Shown: positions 26,231 to 40,334 of the stretch, in pieces | Numbering within the stretch: the first letter of the stretch is position 1 | How the letters are laid out: every line of letters starts with the position of its first letter | Assembly: GCF_006345805.1 (NCBI RefSeq) | Contig: NC_043011.1 | Location: 11,718,001-11,782,000 of the forward strand | Reading direction: 5' to 3' | Length of the DNA: 64,000 nucleotides | From: Octopus sinensis | Lineage: Eukaryota | Made by a program: the position numbers and the translations under genes | The notes under the pieces: generated by a model | Databases searched by the model: none | What the model was told of the DNA's origin: nothing | What the model saw: only the letters and a program-made list of their open reading frames with translations

Positions 26231-26545
26231 TATATACTACCTATACCACTGAGAAAAAAAAACACCTTAAGAAATCGCTTTGCCTACTAAAAATAAATAT
26301 GATAGTGTCTCTCCTTTGTGAGTTGAAAAACTTCGATCAAGGGAGTTAATCCGATCAATCTGCAAACAAAAGTTCCCGCTACGGGCGTTTCAAATCTAAT
26401 AAAGACGGGAGGTGTCTGCGTTCATGTCCATCTATATGTTTATAACCGTCTAAAAACCTGTTGTTGATGTTTATGTGACATCCCAAGGGCTGACTCTCGA
26501 ATACGCGGCAATTAAAACAATAGCATCTACATTAATTGAATTAAG

Positions 26546-26945
26546 GGATCTTTTCGGTTTGAACGGCAGTTTTTTCTAGCGATGTCATATGAAATTTTCA
26601 CCCATAATTATGACCTTAGTATCGATCTATTGCATTTCAATCTGTTTTAGGGTTAGGGGTGGGGGGGAGGGTATTTTTTAAATAAACCCAATCTGTTTCT
26701 TAAACGAGGGACATATTCATACGGCACAGAATGTTTTTTTTACCTCAATAGACGTCACTGATTGGTTGAAATTGCAGAAATTGAAGAAAAAACAACAAAA
26801 AAATATCTTACAAACTATAGAATTTTCTCAATAAAGCCAAGAGAAAAAGATGTTTTATAAACACACTCTACCAGTTTACGAAGTTAAAAATTTTTTAGTT
26901 ACCTAGAAATTATGTTAAAAACTGCCGTTAAAACCGAAAAGATCC
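26546..26945. mobile_element. MITE (Merlin-like) with 8-bp TSD
   Basis: TIRs of about 28 bp starting GG; TSD gaattaag at 26538-26545 and 26946-26953. Confidence 0.92.
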
Positions 26946-27244
26946 GAATTAAGTTTAACAACAGTCATTTAAGTAGCAATGTAATTAAACATTTTGATGA
27001 ACGATATCGCCTGTAATTACTCTTAATAACATTGGTATTAGAAGCTTTTGGTAAAGAAGTTAAGGGGAAAAGATGAGAGGGTTGAATTTTTGAGATTCCC
27101 CTGTCAAAACACTTTTGCTTTTCATCTCCTCTCTGACACAAATTTGTGCGTCGAATAGAAGAATTACTAATAGATTTTACAGTGATACATTAATAAACAT
27201 GATTCACAGTTAGATCTACCATCGACTAAATTTTTTAAGGAACT

Positions 27245-27302
27245 TATATGTATGTGTGTATGTATGTATGTATGTATGTATGTATGTATGTATGTATGTA
27301 TG

Positions 27303-27333
<31 letters not shown>

Positions 27334-27760
27334 TATGTATGTATGTACGTATGTCTGTATACATGTATGTATGTATGTATGTATGTATGTATGTATGTAT
27401 GTATGTATGTATGTATGTATGTATGTATGTATGCATGTATGTATGTAATATGTATGTATGTACGTATGTCTGTATACATGTATGTATGTATGTATGTATG
27501 TATGCATGTATGTATGTATGCATGCATGCATGTATGTATGTATGTATGTATGTACGTATGTATGTATGCATGTATGTATGCATATATGTATGTATGTAAG
27601 TATGTATGTATGTATGTATGTATGCATATGCATGCATGTATGTATGTATGTAATATGTATGTATGTATGTATGTATGTAGGTATGTATGTATGTTTGTAT
27701 GTGTGTGTGTGAGTATGTATGTATGTTTGTATGTGTGTGTGAGTATGTATGTATGTATAC
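27245..27760. repeat. (TATG)n array with higher-order variant blocks
   Basis: Directly visible; the block gtaatatgtatgtatgtacgtatgtctgtatacatg recurs. Confidence 0.95.
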
Positions 27761-27811
27761 ATGTAAGCGTGTAAGTACGCGCTTAGATCTGTATCTATAT
27801 ATGTATACGTG

Positions 27812-27885
<74 letters not shown>

Positions 27886-28189
27886 CCACACGTATACATA
27901 CATTGATACAGATCTGTGCGCGCGTGTGTGAATGACGTAGAGGAACTAAAGAAAAAGCTAGAAAACAAAAACATACTCAACACAGCAGAACTGTAGAAAT
28001 TGAATTCGTAACAATACGATTCCATTTCTTGGCAAACAGAAAACATAACGTGTGTTTACACCAAACATATATTCTTACGGAGACAACAACTATTCAAACC
28101 GATAAAAATATAAACCATAAAATATTTAGTGGTGTTTGTTTCCTTACCAAAATAAGTACGTATTATTAATGCATTTTTAATAATCCACA

Positions 28190-28347
28190 AGTAGCTGTGT
28201 GGTAAGTAGTTTGCTTACCAACCACATGGTTCGGGGTTTCAGTCCCACTGCGTGGCACCCTGGACAAGTATTTTCTACTATAGCCTTGGGCCGACCAGAG
28301 CCTTGTGAGTGGATTTGGTAGACGGAAACTGAAAGAAACCCGTCGTA
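28190..28347 (+). mobile_element. SINE family A, 5' half
   Basis: Head through ccgtcgtatat, then (TA)n. Confidence 0.8.
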
Positions 28348-28359
28348 TATATGTACATA

Positions 28360-28421
<62 letters not shown>

Positions 28422-28823
28422 ATATATATGTACATATATATATAATATATATATTATATATATATATATATTATATATATATATAATATATATATATTAT
28501 ATATATATATATATATTATATATATATAATATATAATATAAATTAGAAAAAAACACCGTTCATCAATTCAATATTGAAAAATTCAATTATACCATGTCAT
28601 CAGGTGTGCCCAACACATTTACACACGCGCGCGCAGATCTGTATCTATGTACGTATACGTGTATATATATATATATATATATAATATATATATATATATA
28701 TAATATATTATATATAAGTATAGAAAATTTAATATTTACATTTGTTTTAAAGTGAAGGAGAGGAGAAAATGAAAGAAGCATGTACGTGTATATGCAATGG
28801 ACGTGGTGTGAAAGAGAGAGAGA

Positions 28824-28856
<33 letters not shown>

Positions 28857-28899
28857 GAAGAGAAAGAGCGAAAGAGAGAGAGATAGCGAGCCAGTCACG

Positions 28900-29260
28900 G
28901 TTACATCGGCGCAGGCCGATGTTGCCATTGTATTCGCCATTGAGAACTCATGGAAGAAGTTTCGTGGGAATATGTGGATTTCACAAGCGGTTCCCAACAA
29001 TCCTGCATGTAGAGACATCCTGTTTGCTGCAGATTGTCCGTAGACGCAGTGAAAGAACGACCGAGGAGCCGCAGGTTGCTGAAACAGACACTCCGAGGAT
29101 TTTCAGCCGGGTTGTGGCCCTAATACCACTCGGTGTCAGACCAATCCGCCTTGGGTGGCCCTACCAGGAACCGAAGTTCCTGACGGCATAGCTCTGACAC
29201 TACCCGTTGCCAGCATCCCCACCACGGTGAGGAGGGGATGGACTTTGGGGACGCAATAAT
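28900..29260 (-). mobile_element. Probable 5' UTR of an RTE-clade LINE
   Basis: Minus strand reads cctcaccgtggtgggg...gagctatgccgtcagg...cctggtagggccacccaaggc, resembling RTE 5' UTRs from recall. Confidence 0.5.
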
Positions 29261-29566
29261 ATAAGTGAAGCTATATCCTTTAATTTTCTGCTTTTCTTTA
29301 CATGAACTGAGAGGAAACCTTGCAGAACTATCGTTATTTTAACGAGTTATGTCTAATTATCACCCGAAAGGGCACGTCTACATCGACGGATATCTGTGAG
29401 AGAACGATGCCAGATGGGTTGCAACAATTGTAGTGATTAATACAAATTTTCGTATTTTCCAGCTTCTGTCTCTCTCATTAACCAAATACACAACGAACAC
29501 TGTGAAAGCGGCCGTGCTTTACCGTTAAGTTACAAGGTATATACCATACGTTTTATTATCTAATAA

Positions 29567-29599
<33 letters not shown>

Positions 29600-29809
29600 C
29601 ACACACACGCGCGCGCACACACACACACATGCAAAAGACAGAATAGAGTAGACCTGGGAACAGTAGTGGTTAAGAGGTGGTTCACCACTCCTCAAATCCC
29701 TAAAACTTCTGACGCAAAACCCCACAAGATACAGCTTAAAATCATACCAGAACAAACATGCATACATACATACATACATACATACATACATACATGCATA
29801 CATACACAC

Positions 29810-29840
<31 letters not shown>

Positions 29841-29885
29841 CATACATACATACATACATACATACATACATGCATACATACACAC

Positions 29886-29916
<31 letters not shown>

Positions 29917-30157
29917 CATACATACATACATACATACATACACACTTACATACTACATACATACATACATACATACATACATACATACATACATACATAC
30001 ATGCATACATACACACTTACATACATGCATACATACATACATACATACATACATACATACATACATACATACATACATGCATACATAATACATACATACA
30101 TACATACATACATACATACATACATACATACATACATACATACGTACATACATACAT

Positions 30158-30768
30158 TATTATGGCTGCCCCCTCGTTATCGTTAACTGTTATTGGTGCT
30201 GTGATCGAATGTGACTTTTTAGCCCAGCTAAAGATCTACAATGTCTTGTACAGAATTGGCAGCTAAAACCTTTACCGGTAATAGCGGCTGTAGTTGTAAC
30301 TGGGCTTCATGTACCTTTGCATGTCGTTTAAGTCCTCCTGCCGAATTACACTCTCTTTCACATGTCTGACAGATATGATTAGTATGGTGTCTAACACCAC
30401 CACCAGTGGCCAGGTTGTCACTCATCTGTCTCGCTTTATGACTACGAAGATGACTCTTGAGTCCAGCTTTACTGAGGCAGGGTCTTGCACAGACACTGCA
30501 TATCAGCATCATAGGAAGACCCTTCCCATCTGGAAGTGTAATAGCGATGCCGTTCCTGACATCCCTCCTTACTTTCTCATGTGTAACTCGAGATTTCTCA
30601 AAAGTGGCTGTCCCCTCATGCACAATCCTTCTCCACCTGCTACGATCAATAGCTGTGCCTTCCTATGTGTCAGGAGAGATGCAAGCATCTCTTAAGGAAG
30701 CCTTCAGCAAGTCCTTATACCTCTTTTTTGGTTTATGTGGAGGTCGTTCTCCTTTAGCTAACTCTATA
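30158..30768 (-). mobile_element. RTE-clade LINE 3' end with C2H2 fingers, flanked by (CATA)n
   Basis: HEGTATFEKSR, CSVCARPCLSKAGLKSHLRSH and CQTCERECNSAGGLKRHAKVH; 3' UTR shared with 51318-51420. Confidence 0.8.
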
Positions 30769-31894
30769 CATACATACATACATACATACATACATACATA
30801 CATACATACATACATACATACAAATGTTCATACAAAGGCAGGCAGACATGCATATATACATATATGCATATATACAGTGCTGAATATGTGCTGCTCTGTG
30901 TTTGTTGCTATCCGGTATCTGGAGTTATGCTAAAGTTCAATTATTCTTTGTTTGTACATTGATAAACCAGTTTATTATCATCGTATTAACTTGCGCTTGC
31001 AGCGAGCTTTCATTTAATCGTACACCGATAGTATAAAGTAGGTTATGGTATCTACAGTTGAGAGGGGTTGGTGATTATGTTGAGTATGAGCTAGGTATAC
31101 CGTGGTATGCTATCAAAAGGATATAGTGTAGAGGAATTTCAGCGTGAGCTTTGTGCTAGCATCGGATGGTGACTGTATAGTGCAGAGGTTCGTGGATTCT
31201 TTGATTAAAGGGGTAAGAAGATTTTGACTTGGTCAGAATTTTGTACATTAAAACTAAAAAATTTCCAACTTTTTCCCATAAAATATACCGTGAGCATAAA
31301 ATAGGCATCTTAAAAGAAATCTTGTTTTCTGTCTTTCTTAGTTGCAAAAATAATTCTTTTGTCTGTATTTTTGCTAACAGACAAGTTGCTTTATTTTTGC
31401 CCAAGTATATCATATTGTCTGGGCACGTTTGATTCATTGCACTGCGCGTAAATTTTCAAAGGTTTCAGGCCCGCTGAAAAGTGCTATGTAGATCACGGTA
31501 TTGCAGGAGTTGTTGACAGGATACCAGCGATTTCGTTGATGACTTCTAATACGCAATGGAGATCGTTTCATGGAATAAACATAATTTGGCCTCAGTATAT
31601 AGGCCAAAATTTACTTTGAAATAAAATCCACTAAGCTCTTGTAAGAGGTTTCTTTTACAGACACACGGAAAGACTGATAGATAATGTGTCCCCCACCCCA
31701 AACTATAGTTCCTATTTTCATTCTTTTTCTTGCTGTAGTGGATCATCGCATCCCTGCCAATACTGGTTATTATATTTACGTACAACGTAAAGTGTCAAAT
31801 TTTGCTTCAGCAAAGGTGAACATTTTGTATAATATATCTTTAAGCACTATGATATTGACTTCAAATTTTCGTACAGATCCAGCTATTTCGGGAG

Positions 31895-32068
31895 ATGGAG
31901 TAAGTGGATTACATCGACCCCAATGCTCAACAGGTTTTTATTTTATCAACTCCGAAAGGATGAAAGGCATAATAAACTTTGGTGAAGTTTGAACTCAGAA
32001 CGTAAAGACAGAAGAAATGCCGCTAAGCATTTTGACCGGCATGGTAACGATTCTGCTAGCTCGCCGGT
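31895..32068 (-). mobile_element. SINE family C, diverged
   Basis: Homology to other copies. Confidence 0.7.
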
Positions 32069-32336
32069 TTTTAATACAGTATTATATTGATTTTTAATAT
32101 ATCTTCTTTTTGCACTAGAAGCTCATGAAACCGGAACTTATCCGGATTTTGTTTGGAGTTTAGACTTAGCTAACCCCCAGGTGTCACTGATACTGACTTT
32201 TAAATGAGAGTATTGGAGCAACATGAAACGAAGTACCTTTTTTAAGGATGCAAGGTACTACCCGATCTGATAATCGAATGCATGTCCTAATAATCGTAAA
32301 ATCAATACGGAACTTCATTCTAAGTTATAGTGTAAT

Positions 32337-33130
32337 ACTAGCATTGTGGCCCGTCTTTGTCGGGTCATAGTGCTAGTGCATGTATATATGTGTATATATA
32401 TGTGTACATATTACATGTACATCTATATATACATCTACACATAAAATACAAAATACAAAGTTATATCTTAATATCGCGAGTGATAACAATACTCAAAATA
32501 TATAACAGACTGGAATTGTAGGACTAGTCCATTTCTGCACGCTAATTTTAATTTTAATTTATTCCCATTCATGTGAAACCACTTATTCAAGTTCATGTCA
32601 TCGATGCAATTTTATACCAATTGCTATTTTTACTTTTGTTATGTTACGATTATATAATACTTTAGTTTGATTTTAATTATTACTTACTACATATAATTCA
32701 ATTGTTATTATTATTTTTATTGTTAAAGTGAAAGTATCTGACATAAAATAGAGAAATGTTTTTGTTTCACTTTTAACACGTAATACTGAAATAGTGGAGA
32801 AGATATGATATTGCTATGGGCTCGCCCTAGGCAAGAAGTTGAACATTTTTTTCCCATAAAACTACATGGACCCTAAGTAAGGCAGGTGTAAAATTTGAAT
32901 GAAATTGGTTGTGTAGTTCTCAAGTTTTAGGGAATCATAGTGGAGAAGATATGATATTGCTGTGGGCTCGCCCTAGGCAAAAACATTTTTTGCCGATTAC
33001 ACTCCCTGGACCCTAAGTAAGGCATGTGTAAAATTTGAATGAAATTGGTCGTGTAGTTCTCAAGTTTTAGGGAAACACACAGACAGACAAACAGACAGAC
33101 ACACATTCTCAGTTTTATATATATAGAGAT
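32337..33130 (+). mobile_element. Helitron/Helentron-like non-autonomous element with internal 146-bp tandem duplication
   Basis: actag start with a subterminal hairpin-like segment; (CAGA)n then ttttatatatatagagat end; duplication at 32791-32936 and 32937-33074. Confidence 0.55.
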
Positions 33131-33219
33131 AATGCAATGATAATGTGATATGATATAATAGGATATAGCATATTGTATAATGTTGATAAATATTGTATTG
33201 AGTCAATAGTTTTGCAATA

Positions 33220-33430
33220 TTTTCGTAACCAAGCTCCCTCGGATTATTACTCGTTCCGACCTATGATTCACTTCTGCACTCGCGACGCTTCATCAGTCAA
33301 GAGGAGGTGGAACCTTCAGTGGAGGGGTTACTCGCCTCGAAGGACAGAACTGGTATCAGCATGGAATGAAAGAACTGGCAGAAAGATGGCATAAGACAGT
33401 GCAACATGATAGCCTCTACTTTGAATGCTG
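33220..33430 (+). mobile_element. Mariner transposase 3' fragment
   Basis: APSDYYSFR...WYQHGMKELAERWHKTVQHDSLYFE. Confidence 0.75.
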
Positions 33431-33527
33431 GACTGCCTTTGTTGTTAATTGATGAACGAAACTAGTAAGTTACCGAAATATTGCAAAAAGTTTGATTCAA
33501 CACAATATATGAGAGAAAATAAATGAC

Positions 33528-33567
<40 letters not shown>

Positions 33568-34403
33568 AGAGAAAGAGAGTATTTCTTCTTTATTCACCAT
33601 AAGGTTGAGAAAAAGAGGGGACGATACGAGGAGAGGTAACACGAACATTGGGCTCAAGGTATCGAATGAGACGAAACGTATGAATAAACAATTAAAATAT
33701 ATACAATTAAATGAGAATGAGTGAATAACAAAAAATGAAGCGGAGGACGCGGTTGACCACACAAACCACATACTCACACTGAAGACTTTGATTTCTCCTT
33801 TTTTTACATTCTCGTTTAAACAGGTTCTTTCACTCGCAACATACTTGCTATAGACTTCCATCTTTTACGAAACACACTTTGCGACAGGCATTTCTTCTCC
33901 AGCCTTATTTTCCGTTTCGAGGACTGATTGTTTGTAAGATAGATAAAAGCACATAGACGGTAGTTGAGGAGTCAAGTTGTCAGATTTAACATATTCCCAA
34001 ATCTTCCTCTTCATTTCTCTCTTATTATTCCCTGTCTTCTGCATTAGCAACAGATAAGCCAGAGGTACAACATTGATTGGTTGGGTAATACTTCTAAGAT
34101 AATATATTTTTTTAAATGTTAGTCACTTGGGTGATAGGCGGAGCGGCATTACTTGCAAAGGCGGGGATTAAACTCACACGCGCGCATGTTCATAACAGAG
34201 TAGCAACATCACGGTAATGCAATGATAATGAGATTACATTGTCCAAGGTTCAAAACCGTGAAAAGTCGGTTTTACTCGCCTACAACTCACCAAAATGCAC
34301 ACACACTCGGTTATACCATTCTATATCCATTCAGTCGACTATATTAGCTTTCATTTTCTATTTTGCTCAAACTCTCTCATTACGTATGACCAATATATAT
34401 ATA

Positions 34404-34438
<35 letters not shown>

Positions 34439-34443
<5 letters not shown>

Positions 34444-35896
34444 AAAAAAGCAACAAGAATGGATTAAAATCTCGGTACGATCGTTTCGTACGAGGACATC
34501 TTTAATAAGCTACAAAAAATGCAGTGAATACAGATGGCTCGTACTCGTCAGCCGAAAAAACATCAGAGAATTCCCAAACATCAAAAGGGGTAGATAAAAA
34601 GAGGTTGTAAGATTAACTGCATTGAGGAAAGTTCGATTCATGGAGATCCGATGAAAGATTTTAAACTTACAGAATTTGTGCATGTCTACATATAGCTCAT
34701 ATTAAATTGCTAATCAAGTTGTGTGAAGAAATTTTCGGATACAGTCATGCAAAATTTCTGAAAATCCGAGTAAGAAGCAAAATGACTGTCATATCGTGTA
34801 GAGGAAAGTCTGAGTAAAAAGCAAAGTGACTGTCATAACGTGTAGAGGAACAGATTGATATTGAAATTTACAAGAATCGCAGATAAGTTCGATTCTTGGA
34901 GATCCGATGAAAAGTCTTGAACTTACAGAATATGTGCATGTCCTTATAGTTCATAATCCAGTTTTGTGAAGAGATTTAGGGTACAATCATGCGAAAATAT
35001 CAGGGAATCCGAATGAGAAGCAAAGTGACAGTCTTATACTGTAGAGGTGCAGGTTGTTAATGAATTTTACAAGAATCACAGAGAGAGGAGGAAGGAAGTA
35101 GAATTTAATCAGTTACTGCTATTAAAGCTATCAAAGAGAAAGGGAAGGGGAAGCTAAGGGGATGGGCACAAATTGATACTACCAGAAAATCTAAGCTTGT
35201 TTAGTGCAAAATTCGAACTGAGGTCAACAATTTATTTCTTTATTTATAAATGTTACTATTAATAGATTGTCAGGTTACAATGAGAGGTCATTAGAAAGGA
35301 AAGAAAAATGGGGTTGTTTTTTAATGAAACCAAACAATTATATTATTATTATACTATACTATAATACACTACACTATATTATATTATATTATTTTATATT
35401 ATATTATATCACATCACAATACACTACGATAGGTTTGGGATTAGCAGAATTAATAATTAGTGTAAAAGAAACCTAAGAGATTTAACTAACTAATTTTTAT
35501 ATATGGGTTAAAGTGAAATAGACTAAGAAATGGAGATAAAAATAGAGCAAAAATTTAAATTATTAATATGGTCCAATAGAAATAAATCAAATAATTTAAA
35601 TCAATAAGTATTAAATAGTACAATCAGAGAGAGAATATAATCATAGCTAGTTAGATCTTATCTTTCTAGTTAAATATATAATATACTATGTAGGAGTGAT
35701 ATATAAGTCAAAGTGAAATTTATACAAAGTAATTCCAGTATACAGTTATCAATTGAAATATCATTTAAAGTATTTAAGAGTCTTAACTCGAGCATGTATA
35801 CAAGAATTTCCAAGTTCAATTCTGCTGTTTAATGGAATTTCTCTATTATTTCTATACATTAGTATTTCAAATGCTTCCATGGAGCAAAGTTGGCAA
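34439..35896 (-). repeat. Inverted copy of Penelope-like element 3' end/pLTR
   Basis: Reverse complement of 37213-38685; differs mostly by homopolymer indels. Confidence 0.92.
34471..34556 (-). ncRNA. Type I hammerhead ribozyme (inverted copy)
   Basis: Reverse complement of 38568-38653. Confidence 0.8.
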
Positions 35897-38685
35897 AGTA
35901 TAATAAGGATATTATAATAAGTATAATAAGGATAAAATAAACTTGGATAAAACTAGCAAACATGCTAACAGGAACATTAATAAATACAAAGAATCTGATG
36001 ATGGTAGAATTAATTCTAACAACCCTAACTCTAGTGGGAAAAATTCTAGCAGCCCTAACTCAAATTCTAAGAAATTTAATAAGAAAGACATAATATGGCT
36101 AAACATCCATTTTAACTGTGCGGTTTCATCAGATATTCAGAGTAGATTCAAAACAATTCTAGAAAAAAATTTCCCATCCTCTCATAGATATCATAAAATT
36201 ATTTCTAAAAAGACAGTCAGAATTTCTTATTCAACTCTCCCAAATATGTCCACTTTAATAGCTAAGATCAATAATAATAACATAAAACTAGCCACAAAAA
36301 ATTTAATCAATAAAAATAAAAATACAATGGAAAATTGTAATAACAGTACGGAAAGTAATAATTGCAACAATAATAATAATAAGGAATGTCATATAATAAA
36401 TATAACCAATAGCTATGGAATTGTTAACAACAATAATAACATAAATAGGAATGATTATGTTAATAATTTGAATAATACCAGGAATGTAAGTACAGTGAAT
36501 AGGGTAACAGTATTATCAGCAACAACACTACACATTTGGAAAACAATACCGACAGCAATACTAATAGCACCAACAATATCAATAATGATAGTAGGGTTAT
36601 AGAACCAAACGATAGTGTAAGAATACCGACAAATGATAATACTACTTTAGGAGATAACATTAACTACAATAATGATAACATTATTTTAGATAGCAGCACC
36701 AATAATATTAATAATGAAAGTGGGACTTTAGAACCAAATGAAAATGTAAGAATACCAATAAATGATAATACTATTTTAGATAATAATATTAACTACAATA
36801 ATGATAGAGTTTTTTTAGATAATAACAATAATCAAAATCATGATAAATTTACCCGCTCTGCTTCGAACAACAGTAATATGAGACTTCTATCCTCAAGTTA
36901 TTCCACCTCTAATTATAATGCCCCTAGATGTAATTGCAGAATTAAATCAAAATGCCCGGCCCCTGGTTTATGCGGGTTAACTAACATAATCTACAAATGC
37001 TCCGTAACCACAGATAATAATAATTCTCTTATGTTGGATGTACTGTAAATTTTAAACAGATTGAATAACCATCTCTCATCCTTCAAATTACGTCATAAAG
37101 CTGATAGCACCACTCTTTCTAGTAAAATTTGGGAACTAAAAAACAATAATATCAATATAACCTTAATTGGGATAGTCAGAAGAGCAAAACCCTATAAAAA
37201 TAGCAGAGTAGGTTGCCAACTTTGCTCCATGGAAGCATCGACTTGGCCTGAGCATGGACTCAAACCCAAATGAAATGAAATGAAATAATAGAGAAATTCC
37301 ATTAAACAGCAGAATTGAACTTGGAAATCTTGTATACATGCTCGAGTTAAGACTCTTAATACTTTAAATGATATTTCAATTGATAACTGTATACTGGATT
37401 ACTTGTATAAATTTCACTTTGACTTATATATCACTCCTACATAGTATATTATATATTTAACTAGAAAGATAAGATCTAACTAGCTATGATTATATTCTCT
37501 CTCTGATTGTACTATTTAATACTTATTGATTTAAATTATTTGATTTATTTCTATTGGACCATATTAATAATTTAAATTTTTGCTCTATTTTTATCTCCAT
37601 TTCTTAGTCTATTTCACTTTACCCATATATAAAAATTAGTTAGTTAAATCTCTTAGTTTCTTTTACACTAATTATTAATTCTGCTAATCCCAAACCATCG
37701 TAGTGTATTGTGATGTGATATAATATATATAAAATAATATATATAATATAGTGTAGTGTATTATAGTATAGTATAATAATAATATAATTGTTTGGTTTCA
37801 TTAAAAAAAACCCCATTTTTCTTTCCTTTCTAATGACCTCTCATTGTAACCTGACAATCTATTAATAGTAACATTTATAAATAAAGAAATAAATTGTTGA
37901 CCTCAGTTCGAATTTTGCACTAAACAAGCTTAGATTTTCTGGTAGTATCAATTTGTGCCCATCCCCTTAGCTTCCCCTTCCCTTTCTCTTTGATAGCTTT
38001 AATAGCAGTAACTGATTAAATTCTACTTCCTTCCTCCTCTCTCTGTGATTCTTGTAAAATTCATTAACAACCTGCACCTCTACAGTATAAGACTGTCACT
38101 TTGCTTCTCATTCGGATTCCCTGATATTTTCGCATGATTGTACCCTAAATCTCTTCACAAAACTGGATTATGAACTATAAGGACATGCACATATTCTGTA
38201 GTTCAAGACTTTTCATCGGATCTCCAAGAATCGAACTTATCTGCGATTCTTGTAAATTTCAATATCAATCTGTTCCTCTACACGTTATGACAGTCACTTT
38301 GCTTTTTACTCAGACTTTCCTCTACACGATATGACAGTCATTTTGCTTCTTACTCGGATTTTCAGAAATTTTGCATGACTGTATCCGAAAATTTCTTCAC
38401 ACAACTTGATTAGCAATTTAATATGAGCTATATGTAGACATGCACAAATTCTGTAAGTTTAAAATCTTTCATCGGATCTCCATGAATCGAACTTTCCTCA
38501 ATGCAGTTAATCTTACAACCTCTTTTGTATCTACCCCTTTTGATGTTTGGGAATTCTCTGATGTTTTTTCGGCTGACGAGTACGAGCCATCTGTATTCAC
38601 TGTATTTTTTGTAGCTTATTAAAGATGTCCTCGTACGAAACGATCGTACCGAGATTTTAATCCATTCTTGTTGCTTTTTTCCTAT
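35897..38685 (+). mobile_element. 5'-truncated Penelope-like element (RT thumb region, Cys linker, GIY-YIG) plus 3' pLTR
   Basis: KDIIWLN...NFPSSHRYHKII...VRISYSTLPNM; CNCRIKSKCP.PG.C; NIIYKC...YVGCT; TLSSKIWELK; AKPY..CQLC; frameshifted. Confidence 0.88.
38568..38653 (+). ncRNA. Type I hammerhead ribozyme
   Basis: Stem I uucgg/ccgag, CUGACGA at 38573-38579, stem II guacgag/cucguac, GAAA at 38637-38640, palindromic stem III ACGAUCGU, GUA triplet with cleavage after 38648. Confidence 0.82.
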
Positions 38686-38808
38686 TTGTAATCACCTCAC
38701 TTGTCGTATGGTTAACACCATATAGATTTCCGGTGCATCCTAGTTAAGGACCATATTCATGTGAATTCTTTAGAATTCACTTGAATCTCAATCACTTAAC
38801 CGATATAT

Positions 38809-38850
<42 letters not shown>

Positions 38851-38860
38851 ATATATATAT

Positions 38861-39763
<903 letters not shown>

Positions 39764-40158
39764 TATGTGTGTGTGTGTATACACACACACACACACACAT
39801 ATATGTAAATTTATATAAATGAATAAGGATAAGATCGTTATTTAAATACCCATCTTATCAGGTGGGGAGCATGGGAATAAAAACCTTCAAACGTAATAAT
39901 TATTATTAAAACTATAATTTACGGTTATCTAAGAGGTACCACCACGCTGGAAATAGCAGCCAAAACTTGTCTCTAAAGCCACATTAAATGTTCATACAGC
40001 ACCAGGAGAGAAAACAAAGCGACAAAATAAACTAGCAAAAAAAAAAAAAGGATAATTCCAGATCCCGGATTTCTGACTCTGCATAAGAAATGCTCTGCCT
40101 TCTTCAGTGAAATATACTCAGATAGCACATAAATACAAATATATATATATATAATATA

Positions 40159-40191
<33 letters not shown>

Positions 40192-40334
40192 ATACGATAT
40201 ACTACATAAGATATACTTACATACGATATACTTACATAAGTTATAGATATATAAGTTATATATAAAGATACGTAGACAAACGTTATAATTGGATTGCGAA
40301 GGAGGGAAACAGTACTCAGTATTAAGGCAGCTAA

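Noticed and set aside
27167-30186. Many YIHT/MYVC repeat ORFs (also 43008-43713, 48705-50358, 54633-55247)
   Set aside because: Translations of (TACA)n, (TA)n and (CA)n microsatellites.
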